64,000 nucleotides of DNA from Octopus sinensis (taxonomy: Eukaryota). The DNA lies in contig NC_043004.1 in the NCBI RefSeq assembly GCF_006345805.1, forward strand, positions 78,368,001 to 78,432,000, in the 5' to 3' direction. Position numbers and translations under genes: made by a program. A model generated the notes under the pieces. The model was not told the DNA's origin and ran no database searches. It saw only the letters and a program-made list of their open reading frames with translations. This document shows, piece after piece, positions 25,101-38,200 of this stretch (its first letter is position 1; the number at the start of each line of letters is the position of its first letter).

Positions 25101-28100
25101 TTGCTCCTGGTTCTATGAAATGAACTTCACGTTTCAAAGAAATCCAGATGAAAAACCTTTCATCAAAATTCTATATTATATTCCAAACACCACCTTAATA
25201 ATGACAATTATTCTACTAAATTCTTTCTTGCTTTCAAAATTAATTGAAGCAAAACAAAGGTAGTGTATTCCAGCCGAAATATGGTAACAAAAGGGTTAAC
25301 ATGAAATTTTGATGGAAGTTTTTAACTCTTGAACCGAAAGTTTATATCTCAGAACCAAGGATAATCTTAAAAAGGTTGGTATTAAATGAGTTAACCCTTT
25401 TATTATCATATTTCTGTTGAAATACACTGCCTTGGTTTCAATTAATTTTAAAAAAATAATGAAGAATATAGTGATGTAACTGTTATTATTAACCCTTTAG
25501 TATTCAAACAGCTATTTCAGGCCCAATTATTCGACCTGTTTTGTGTTTAAACAGGTCAGATCCTGCCTCTCACACCTATCCTACAATATTATACTTAAAA
25601 TACACAAGTACATCATCAAAATCTCAAAGCTACAAGATGATGCATGATTAATTCAAAACCATTCAAATAAATAAGCATTACATTTAACAGACTAATCAGA
25701 ACGCTAAATGGTTACGCTGGTGTTTGGAACATAAATTAACATGAAATTTTGATGAAAGGGTTCAATTTAGATCCCTGTAAAATGGGAAAGCTTGTACCCT
25801 AGATCTAGCGACAGTGTTGGGATGGCTGGTATCAAAAAAATTTAATTGATCCTTGTTGGAAAAAACAAAACAAAAACAAACTCTGAAATATGTAACAACT
25901 GGTTATTTTTAAGGCTTGTTAAATCAATCACACGTGTAATATATCCTTATAGAATATTTACTTGGGTAAAATAAAACTTTAACCCTTTCGATACTATAAT
26001 TATTTTGAGATGCTCTGTGCTTCTTTCTATTACTTAGTAAATTAATGTAGTTATCATTCAGCTTGTGTTAGGAACATAAATTGTGACCAAGGTTTGGTGG
26101 AAGATTTTAATTCAGAGCTTATAGAAACAAGACACTTGTACTACAGAGCCAGAGTCGGTTTCAGCCAGGTTGGTCACGAAAGGGTTAAACGACAAAAATC
26201 CACCACATGTTTGCATGTTGAGAGAGGTTAAAGAAGCTGTACAGTGATGCTGCTGCTGTAACTGCTGCTGCTGCTGTTGCCCCTCTCTCTTTTTTTTTTT
26301 TTCCCCGTTTGATACTGTTTTCTTGTGTCTGTTGCTTAGTTGGTTTGTTATGCCATATTGCTCCAACATCTATTAATTTGTCTCTTCTTCACTCTGCTTA
26401 CTAACGAATCTCTATCGTGGCTTGCCTGCTTAATTTTTCCCAGCGGAGAACCGGTCTGGACGAAGTCCTAACCCTAATAACCCCAGTGAGTACTGCTCCA
26501 CCATCCCACCATTGCAACAAGCCAATGCGCATGTTCCATTGCCAACCGTCATGGTTCCAGTCGGTGTTCTCAAGAGAGAGGGTGAGTGACAAAGAGGCTT
26601 GATAATATTATTATTATTATTGTTTTTGTTTTTTTAAAAATTGTTTTCATTGTCTTTGAATTGATGTTATTGATATTGTAGTGGAATATTAATGTGTGAG
26701 TATATGTTTGTGTGTGTGTTTATTGTGATTTAATGCTAAGGGAAGTAACTCTGAGTGAGTCATTATGATAGCGTTGACATTTCACCACTACCATGGCAAC
26801 CAACTTACATTATTTGTTCTTTAAGTGTAAGTCTGAAAGCTGAGTCAGTTCAGATGAAATCAAAACTCGATGAAATCTCCAAGGAGTTTAAATGCACAAG
26901 TCTCCGATATCCAAGTGCCTAAAAAGTGTCAACGGAAGGCTGCCCAGGAGAGGAGTTGTGCCTTAGAGTGTAAAGAAGTTGTCCAGGGCTAAAACACTTG
27001 CTAGAGTGGGGTTTTTTCTTTGAAGACCTTCTGCTGTTCAGCTCTCTTGAGAGTTTCTTCCCATTGTATTGAAAACATGTTATGAATTCAGCTCTTACTA
27101 CCCGAGGCATTGTAATGTGCCTCTTGAGTAAGGCCTGTCATTCTGCTTCTGCTCAGCCCTGGGCTGTTAAATACATACTGTTAATTATTAAGTCTCTATT
27201 GATATAATTAATTTTAGTGAGCCTTTCCCAGCCCACACCCAAGAAAATTTCATTAAAATTACACCTGGTTATGAAGAAGTCATTTGCATATTGACTCTAG
27301 TTATGAAAGGCAAGGAGGACTATTCCTAAGTTTAAATTAAATAAATGAACTATAAAATAGAGTATGGGTATGCAGTGGGATCTGATCTTTGGAAGTAAAT
27401 TGACAACTGCAGACATATTCCAGCTTTATAAGACCTCTTTAGTAAGTATAGTCTAACCAGTACTACCAGATCTTAAAACAACAAAGCTATATATGAACAC
27501 TCACATACACACAGCTACACGTGTGTATGTATGTATAATTTTAGTAAATGGACACTAATAACAAGAAAAACAGGTATTTTTACACAATCATTGGTATAAT
27601 ACTTCAGTTTGACTAAAAATGAAGTATTGTCCCTTGTTTGGCCACAACATTTAAGCTGTCTGTCTTTACTGAATCAGCTAAACAAGGTTGGGGGAACCTT
27701 TTATATTTGAAGGCCACCTTGAATTAAGTATAATCTAATAAAGGCACATTAAAAAGGATTTTAATTAAATAGGTGGAACAATGTAATTGCATTTATTGGA
27801 AAAATATAATCATAAAGATAATAGAAATAAAATGTATAAATTGACCTTTTAGGAACTGAATCAGGTCAGTTTGTAAGGTGTTTGTTTCCATCCATCCATC
27901 TTCTCTACCTAGTATTCATGGAAGCATCTTCTCCATAGTGTCCTATTAAAAACAAACGTTATTACACTTTGTGGCTGGATTCTCAGGAATGACCAACAGA
28001 GACTATGGATACCATCCAACCATCCCATTCTTGGTCTAGTCTTAGGTCTCCTGCCGGTTGGTTTGGCATGAAGAACTCATCTTGTAATTCTTTCTTGTGA

Positions 28101-31100
28101 CATTCTACTCACATGTCCCTGTTACTAGAGCTGTGACCTCTCAATGTTGGTGCTTGTCTGTGCAGTCCAATATTGTATGGTAGTAAAACATGAGTTTTGA
28201 ATGCAGGGGTTTTGTGTGTGGGGTCTGGAAGGGAGTGCAGTGAGTCTTCTGTTTGATGTGTGATGTGATTTTGTTTTGCATGAATGATGATGCATAAAGG
28301 ATTGCAGAGGTTGGCTGAGTCTGTGAGGAACCAGCTGTGATCGGCTGGAATGGATTTGAAGCTGTGTATGGAAGGGGAGAGCTGGGTGAAAAAAAAAAGT
28401 GCCAGGTGACCCAGATGAAAGGAACCAAAAGAGGAAGACCAAAGAAGATACGGGAAAGAAATGGTAAAGGTTGATCTCAGGAAGCTGTACTGCATAAAGG
28501 AAATGGTAGAGGATGGCATCAAGTGGTGAGATGCTGTTTAGGAGAAAACTTGTCCAAAACTATGCAGGTATGGAAAAACAGGTGTAAGATGATGATGATG
28601 ATAAATAAATACAATGCTGCTTGATCAGCAAAAATGTCTTTTCCTGCAAAATCCAGGTTTCTTCCCAAAGGCTGCACTTAAAAAGTCCCAAAGACTGCAG
28701 GTACAATATTAATCTGTACAATAAACATCTATTGAAAGGATCTTTTTCTTTTATATGTTGCAGTGATGTGATTTAAAAAAATGTATCAAAAGAGGAGATG
28801 GGGATTCTTTGGAATGACCCTTCTGTAAATTACGTAAATAATCCAGTGAAAGCTGTTTATATAATTTATATAACCTGGATCTCTAGTTTGTAATAGTGCC
28901 TTGTACAAAGTATGTCTCATGATGATTACTGCTGCAGCATCTTGAAGTGTTTGTGTGTAGGGTCAGAGTTAACTATTTTTAAAATCTTTATGTTCAGACA
29001 TTTCAAATGCTCTCAAAATTGGTTGGAAAGAAGATTGATTTTCATGTCATTCGTTAATGTAACTCAAAATATTTAAAATAAAAGTACAAAACATATAAAT
29101 TTCACTTAACAGTTCAGACATTGTTTTCAACAGCTGTTTCATTAAGATAAACATCATTAAATGTACATGTTACATGATTGTGATATATAATTTATTAATT
29201 TAATTTAATTTAAAAGCTGTGTTTACCCAAATTATCAGGAATTTTATGTGTAATATTAATCAGAAAACCATTCTAGCTGATTATGTAACTGTATGTAAGG
29301 TGATCCTACTTGGATTTACTGCAATCTAATAATTCGTCAGGCTTTAATGACCTGTTGTTAATTGAGCTCTTAATTATCATGGATTTACTCTTTGATATCA
29401 AACATCAGTTCTCGATATGGGTAATTCAAGATATTGAGATAAAACATATGTTAATTAAAATATTTACTTATTTGATTGTGGGAAATACAAATCTGTTATT
29501 ATTTTATGGTATTCTACCAAAGATAATCTAGCATGCAAAGTTTTATCTGTTATATGTTATGCTTGGCAGAAATATTATATTCTGATAATTTTCATTCTTT
29601 GATTCTTCTCTGAATTCTGACATTCCTTGCATCAACGGTCGTTACATTGTAAACTTTTAGCATAATTATTCCATTCCTTTGTTTTGCCAATGTTTTCTGA
29701 TTGTTGCATGCGACTTCAATTTACTATTTTCTTTCTTGAAGTTATAATTCATATATTTATATAAATATTATAAATTCTTCACTTATTAGTAACTTTTACA
29801 ATGTTAAATTGTTTCTACTGACATTTATATGTGTTCAGTCGTTAACAGAATCAATTTCTAATTTATCCAAATGCCATCAGACTTCTAATAAAGTCTGGTT
29901 TGTGCCTGGGTTTCATATTGCTCAACATAGTTAGGTATTCTCGTGCTGCTACACGCAAGCACACACGCATGCACAATCAAGATTGTATGTTTGGTCTCCT
30001 ACAATATCTGAATGCACACTTTTGATGGAAGTGTGTGGAATCGAGTAATGTCTGTAGATATGTTGTAAGTGGTTCTTGTCATCTTCTTGTAGCTATGATG
30101 GTCACAGTTTCTCTTAAAACATAAAACAGGAGTGTGGATCACACACACACACACCACACACACACACATTACTAAAAGTTTTTCTCGGGTTATGTTAGTG
30201 ATTTGTTTATCATAAAGTTTATTGCTGTTTTTGTTGAATAGTTCTAACCTTTTCATTGCAGTTGTGACACAGGCATGGCCATGTGGTTAAGGAGATTGCT
30301 TCCCAATCACATGGTTTTGGGTTCAGTCCCACTGCATGACATCTTGGGCAGGCGTCTTCTTCTGCCTTGTGAATGGATTTGGTAGACAGAAACTGAAAGA
30401 AGCCCATTGTACACACACACACACACACACATGTACGTGTGAATGTGTTTATGTTTGTGTCTCCTTATCTTGACATCGTGTGACAGTTGTAAATGAGTGT
30501 CACTGTCATACAAGCGGTGTCACTCATTTCCAATATTCTGCAGGAATGTGTCATGGGGAAATATTACATTGCTTGGAAAACAGATGAGGATTGGTGACAG
30601 GAAGGGCATCTGGCCATAGAAAATCTGCCTCAATAAACTACAGTTGACTCATTAAGCATGGAAAAATGGACATTACAATCAAAAAATGATTTTATTAAAA
30701 TATCCTAAAAAATTCTTAACATTTTTAATACTTCAAACAAGAGCAAAAAGAAAAAAAATAAGGACTAGTTATAGCTTATATTTCTGGAGTCTTTAAGCAA
30801 AATTAGTTGAATATTTCCAGTTTTAGATTTTTAGAAATATTCTTTTAATAAGTTGAAATTTAATTCAGTTTAAAAGGTATATTTCTTGCCATGTGTTCTA
30901 CTTTAGCATTATGTTTTGGCTTTCATACAGTGGCAGCAGTTTTTTTGTTTTTTTAAATGAATTTTTCTTGTTTTATTTCATTTACAATGTAATACTTTCA
31001 TGCATGATAATGTTTGAAAGATATTAATACTTGCTTTCAATGTTTAGCTGCTATAATTGTTAATTAATTAGTGCTGCTGTTGATTGCTTTTCTTAGAAAT

Positions 31101-32257
31101 TGTTCTGGTTTTCTTTCTGAATGTCAGCATTTGAAGTTTTTGTTGTTACTAAAATGTCATTACAATTTAGATAAATATCATAAGTCCAAAAGTTTTCTAC
31201 ATCATCATCATCATCATTATATACACACAAACACACACATATATGTATATATTGTCATCAGTATCATCGTAATTTTAATGGAGGTTTTCTATGCAGGAAT
31301 GAGTCGAGTGGGTTATCATACTCAGCCTATCCTTACGTCTATATAGTTTCAATTATTGCAAATGGATTTAAAGACTGTACCTCACTCAAAAGGTGCCATT
31401 GCTAACATAGTTTCCATGGTTGGATTTCATCCCAAACATCAACCACATTACAGAGCGTATTGGCTGCACTTTATTATTGTGGCACCAGATCTAGAAGGGT
31501 GGCCATTATTTTGGACAGGATCCTGTGATCCCTATGTTGTCTACTCTCACTTACTCCTCACTTCACAGAGGGTGCTAGGTGCCATTTTCTCCTGTCATCA
31601 ACATTACTGAGGATGCTGTGTGACCTACAAAGCTAAAAAGTTCTCTCAACTCTGTAAACTCTCTATTCACTCAAGGTAACATGACCAAGAGAGTGGACAG
31701 AAAAGGGATTGGAGAGTGAGTGTATGATAGGGGTGGGACAGTGTTTGAAGTGAGAGCAGGGTAGAAGAGGAACTAACAGAAGAGATACACATTATTTACA
31801 TTTGACGGATATTTGACCTCATCTTGTTTGTTGTTAACATAATATTTCGGCTGATATACCCTCCAGCCTTCATCAGGTGTCTTGGGGTAATTTAAAACCT
31901 AGGTTCTCATTCCTAAGGTATTTTTCAATGTTATCACTATTATTATTATTATTATTCAGGCCACTGCTTGGAATCAAACTAGGAATCTTGGGGCCAATAG
32001 CCTGTGCTTTTAACCACTATGTCATATGCCTGTGGGTAAGATGAGGACAAATATCCGTCAAATGTAAATAATGTACATAATTCCTCATCTCTTAAATATA
32101 GAACTGTAGAAGAGATACACTTATTGAAACTGAGACTTTGCCTTGCAATTCCAGTTTCAGGTCACTGCAAGCTTTTGGCCTGTTTATGCTTGAAGGGCGC
32201 AGGGGCATCCAACTCAAACAGCAAAACAAACTTTCAGTTGCAATAAAAAAAACCCTT

Positions 32258-32298
<41 letters not shown>

Positions 32299-35200
32299 TG
32301 TGTACACCCCCAGCTGCCATCGTTCTGATGTCCACTATGCCCTGCCTGCAGGAATGACACTAAATCTTCTCAAGGACTTTGTGTGTCACCAGTTATTTAA
32401 CAATCCTTTCTCGTTTCTTTTGTGATGTCCATCATTCTGAGATCAGTCTTCACCATTTCTTCCCATGCCTTCCTAGATTCTCCCCTTTCATTGGTCCCTT
32501 CCACTTTACATACCCTGCACTTCTTTCTCCAGCTGTCATCTGCCCTACACTTCACATATCCATACTATCACAGTCTTCTCCCTTGCACACTATGTCCACT
32601 TATTCTTGTATCTTCCTTGTATCCTCCCACCTAATTTCTACTTCATCAGTGTACACCAGTTCTCTGCAACCGGTATGCTGCGACACACTGGTCTCCTATG
32701 AGACGATGCTAGATGTGCCACAGTGTAACCTGAATGTAATTTTTTTCCCCAATACTTTTAGTTATATTTTTAGTTCAGGTGTGTTACCAAATTTTGAAAA
32801 GAATGTTAGTGTAACGTAAGTGTAAAAAGGTTGTGGAACACTAGGGAACACAAACATCCAATTCAGCCAGTAAACCATGCTCAGTTCATGACTTTATAGT
32901 CTTCACAAATCCTCTGCCTCGCCATCAAGCAGTAGTCTTACAGTTCATATACAAATATCACACACTCTTCCACTCACTCTGAGAGAGAAATCCTTTGTTA
33001 CTTGCAGAAAACAGTGTCTGCTGTGTGTACATTGTTGGTTAGTCCTTTACTCTAGCTGGAGATTGACCAATGCCTTCTGAGTGAAATATGGTAGATGGGA
33101 ACTGGAAGAAGCCTGTCATGTGACAGTGTGTGTGTTTCCCTTGTCCTGACATGAGCACACTAATTATAGACAAAAGTGATTACTTACATTATTTACATTT
33201 TCATGGATTTTGTCCTCATCTTGTTTGTTGTTAATAAACAAGATAAGGACAAAATCCATCAAAATGTAAATGATGTAAATAATGTACATAATTCCTCATC
33301 TCATAAATACAGAACTGAAAAGTGATTATTATTAAAGAAAAAAGAAAAAGCAGTGAGCTGGCAGAATTGTTAGCACAGTGGACGAAATGCTTAGTGGTAT
33401 TTCGCCCGTTGCTATGTTCTGAGTTCAAATTCTGCTGAGGTCGACATGGTATTTCATCCTTTTGGGGTCGATAAAATAAGTACCAGTTGAAGATTGGGGT
33501 CGATGTAATCAACTCAGTCTCACCTACCCAAAGCGGCCCTTGTGGCAAAAATTTGAAATAATTATTAAAGGAAAAAACCTAGTCATTTGTTAATAATTTT
33601 TCAGGAAAGTATACCAGGGCCATTTGTTGTTGAAAGGGGTTGGGAAATGTTACACTTTACTTGGAGGTAGGTAGAAGAACTTCTAGCTGTAGAAAAATCT
33701 ATTGCTGCAAAATTTAATGTCTACTGTTCTTTGGTTGCATATAAGTGAAAATTAAAATGTCGATATATATATATATACACACACACTTACACAAACAACC
33801 GGATGGATTATCATTATCAGAATCAGAGCACAACGAATTATAAATAGGATTAAACAAGATGAGAAGCAGTTCAGGTTTATACCAGGATGGAGTACAGTCA
33901 ATGTCCTTTCCCTAGTGAAACAGCTATGAGAGAAGTTTGTAGCTAGTATTAAACCATTTGGCTTTAATATTTGTCCAGCTGGATAAGGCCTTTGACAAAA
34001 GTCCACATTGTAATCTGAGAGCAGTGCAAGCCATGTATAGGGATCTTATCAGCAAGGTAAGAGTTAGCAATGAATTCAGTGAGGAATTCAACATGCTATA
34101 GGTTCATTGCCCTCTTCTGTTTATTGTAGTCCTTCAGGCCATAACTTTGAGGTATATCAGTTGCCTATGCAAAGTTTTCACAGCTAAATTTAATAAGAGC
34201 TTTAGGGATGAAAATCAAGTATCACAAGACCTCAAAGTAAATCTAGCTAAGACTAAAGTTTTAGTTGGTAGAACCCATGCTAGCATGGAAAACGGACGCT
34301 AAATGATGATGATGAGAGTAGACAAGACTGTAATTCCATCAGGGTGAGTGGCCAAGCTCCTTGTGCAGAAAACAAGCAGACAAGAATTCCATATGGTGTG
34401 TATGTGATGTAAACTAATTATGGACAGGGGATATTGTAGACTCACAAATAGATTGACAAAGTAGACTTCATGGTGTAGCAGAGGAATAATAGCAGTTAAC
34501 AGTAAGAATGGGTTTCTGGAAGTAGTTGATGGTTTTTGCTAATGAGATGACTTAATTTGCAGAAAAGGTGAGTATTCTGAAAGTATGGTAACTAGAATAA
34601 GAATGGGGGAAAGTTTGGGCAATTATTCCCTCTGTTGGCAACAAAGGGTTTCTTTCTGAGAGTAAAGGTGCTTGTGTGTAAAATTTTAATGCTGCCTGGT
34701 AGCGAACCATAGGCTTTGAATGTGGAGAATTTGGAAAGAAATGAGGCCAGTATGCTTTGCTGGAGGTGTACTGGAAGTCTAATGTTAGTTTGTATGATTA
34801 GGGTTTCAAAAATGAGTTGAGGGATAAACTAGATGTGAGAGGAATCAACTGTAGGGTACAAGAGAGAAGACTATGCTGATAGGGGTTATACATATATGGA
34901 AGGTGTGAGTTGTATAAAGAAGTACTGAGTGTGTCAAGTGGATGGAATCTAGGAAGACATGGGATGAAATGATGAAGACTGATCTAAAGAGGCTGAATCT
35001 CATGAAAGAGATGACAGACGAGCACAGCAAGTGATGAATCACTATGCTGGAGAATACCTGCAGACCCACGCAAGCATGGAAAAATGAAAAGACAGTGCTG
35101 CTGCTGATGATGATGATGATGATCATAATGACTGTTGCCAGTTTATTTGTTGTTTGTCTAATGAGTCTCTCTCTATCATTAAACTTCTTTATTGTTATCC

Positions 35201-38200
35201 AACACTCTCTCACTTTATTCTTTCCTCTGTCACTCATTTGTCTTAATCTCTCTCATTACTCTATCTGTCATCTTGTTCCTTTTTGATCAATTTTCCCATC
35301 ATGTCACTCAAGCTGCTTCTACTCAATCTCCTTACCAACAACCCTCATGCAGCTGTTGTATCATTCTCTCCTCTGTCATCTTCTTGGTCTGGCTCTCCCC
35401 CCCTTCTCTCTGCTATAATCCTCTCTGTCATATATTTTTCTGCTCATCCTCATTTACAACAACTGTCATGTAGCTGTCTATATTCATCTCCCTTGTATCA
35501 TTCTTGTTCTCTTCTGCTACTGTTTCTTTTATTGTGGTAGTTCTTTTCTCCCTTGGTTGTGTGGGAAAACAAGGAATAAATGAACAGAAATAATTTAGAG
35601 ACGAAGGAACTTTCTTTAGTGTTGCTGGAGGGTGGGGCTTGGGGAGACGAACCCTTTGGGGCTAGTGAATGAATGGATGAATGGTGATAACATGCAGGGA
35701 GCTCTTTAGTTTTGTTGGAGACCAAGTGACCTTTCTAGTGCTGGTACCATGATAAAATGTACCCAACACAATCTGTATAATGACTTCAATAGGAAGGGCA
35801 ACCAGCTATAGAAACCATACCAAAAATGGAATGTGCGTGTGAGACATGGTCCCTATTCTTCCAGGAGGACAGTAAATCCACATGTGAATTGACTTGGATC
35901 TTCATGACTCATCCAACCCTTGCTAGCATGGGAAAGTGGACATAAAATTATGATGAAGAAATATATGTATAAGATTAATAGGAGTTGAAGTGTCTTGAAT
36001 TGTAGCTCTGAGTTTCATGTTGCCAAATCAAATGGTTAAAGTAGAGAAGCAGCATGACTGTATATAAGAAAAAATATCCAAATGTGGTCAATGCCAGTAC
36101 TCCCTAACTGGCTCCCGTGCTGGTGGCACGTAAAAAGCACTATCTGAACATGATTGATGCTAGGCCTACCTGACTGGCCCCTGTGCCAGTGGCACATAAA
36201 ATGCACCCATTACATTCTTGAAGTGGTTGATGTTAGGAAGGGCATCCAGCTGTAGAAACCTTGCCATGTGAGATTGGAGCCTGGTGCAGCCACTGGCTCT
36301 CCAGACTTCAATCAAACCGTCCAACCCATGCCAACATGGAAAACAGACGTTAAACGATGATGATGATGATGATAGTTTGTAAACACATTGAAACATGCTT
36401 GATCATCAAGCTTTGATGGGTTGCAGAAAATGCATCAGACGCTCATCTGTCCAGTTTTCATGCAGGTCATGTGATATAGTCTTTTATTTATGTACATGTG
36501 ATGTTCTCAAGTCATCAGCATCATGTGAAGGCATATAACAGTCCCTGACAACCTTTTCCAATTTTGAACTGTTGGTGGAGAACCTTTCATTGGTATTGAT
36601 TGAGGAATTTCCACCTGCCAGCTGGCTAAAACAGTTTATTTTCTACATAAGGATTTATGGAAAATGACCAAATAATGGAAGAAAAAAAAAATTCAGTTAG
36701 ATATCAACACTTCAAGTGGTGTTAATGATAACCATCTTCCTTGCTTACATGTGTTTTACACATATGATACTGAAGACATGAAATATTACATAGTTGTTAG
36801 TATATGAATAAATGAACAGGTGTTCTGCATAGTTCAATAGCTAAATGATACATTTTCTGATGGTCTTCAACAAGTAATTCAAACTAAGTTTATTCATGAC
36901 TAAGTATATTTCAGCATTTGCAAATATTTTATACACAAAGAAAAAAGATAAAAGAAAAAAAAAGAAAAAAAAACGCGTACGCGCGCGTGCGCACACACAC
37001 ACATGCACCTGTGCTGCTTCTCATTTTTAGTCATTTGAATAACTGTTAATAATGTGAAACCTAGAGTCACGAGAATGTCAGCTTCTAATATAAGACACAC
37101 TCTACTTTCTGTATTGAGTTCTTTTCCTTTCATTTGTACTTTCAAAGGTTCATCATTCCATATAAATGTGCGTGTGTTGTAACGTTGCTAGTTTTCATTT
37201 CTCTGTTGACCTTACTGAACCAGCATAAACAGTAGACTGATGCCAGGCAATATTTTTGTTATACAGGAAGCCAACGAAAGGGAGAACCAAAACAAGTCAT
37301 ATTCTCAGATGGTATTAGACCTGGGGGTGATCTAACTGAAGAAGCCGATCACCCTCAAGATTCCCGTTTACCCCCCAGACGGACGGGACGAGTACAGAAA
37401 AAAGTAGAAAGGATAACTCAGGGTGAGTGATTTTACTTTTTAAACATCTCAGGATACAAAATATAAAATTAATATCATTTTGGAAGGAAGATAATAAGTA
37501 TTTAAGGAAGCTTAACGTCAGATTTTATTTGTACATACATCGAGCCAACTACAGTTACTGCACTTCTTTACTCTCAGTAAACTTTTTAATAATTAACTGT
37601 GTTTAATGTTGTTTGTTTTACATTTTGGTCAGTCCAATCATTTGTCTTCAGGTATCCTTAATGATTAAGATATACGTAGTCCTAGTTCAGAATTAAGGGT
37701 TTTATATATATATATATATATAATATATATATATATATGAGAAAGGAACTTTTTATCATGTCATAGCATAATGTGACTAACATTAGAGTTGAAACTTATG
37801 TGGTTTAATTATCATATGTCAAGTGCATCTGATTGTGTGTGTATATGTATGTATGTATGTATGTATGAATGAATGAATGATCCAAGGATTGATGTGTAGG
37901 ATGGTGAGCTTCAAGCAAACCGTAGTGCATGTTTATTGAACCAGTGCATGTGTTATCATTGGTGCAATGACCTTCCCAAGACACAACTAACTTCACTCCT
38001 TTACTTATCTTTTTTTTCTTTTTTGTTCGTTTGTTAAAACGATGATGATCTATTAATATGTTATCATTTCTACTTTGTAGGCAATGATCAATCTATAACT
38101 CCTCGCACACGCTGTTTGCGGTCAGCAAACAGCCCTCGAAATAAATGTCACATCCCGGAAAATGGATTACCACCTGTTTTATTGTCAAGTAGTGGGAAAG

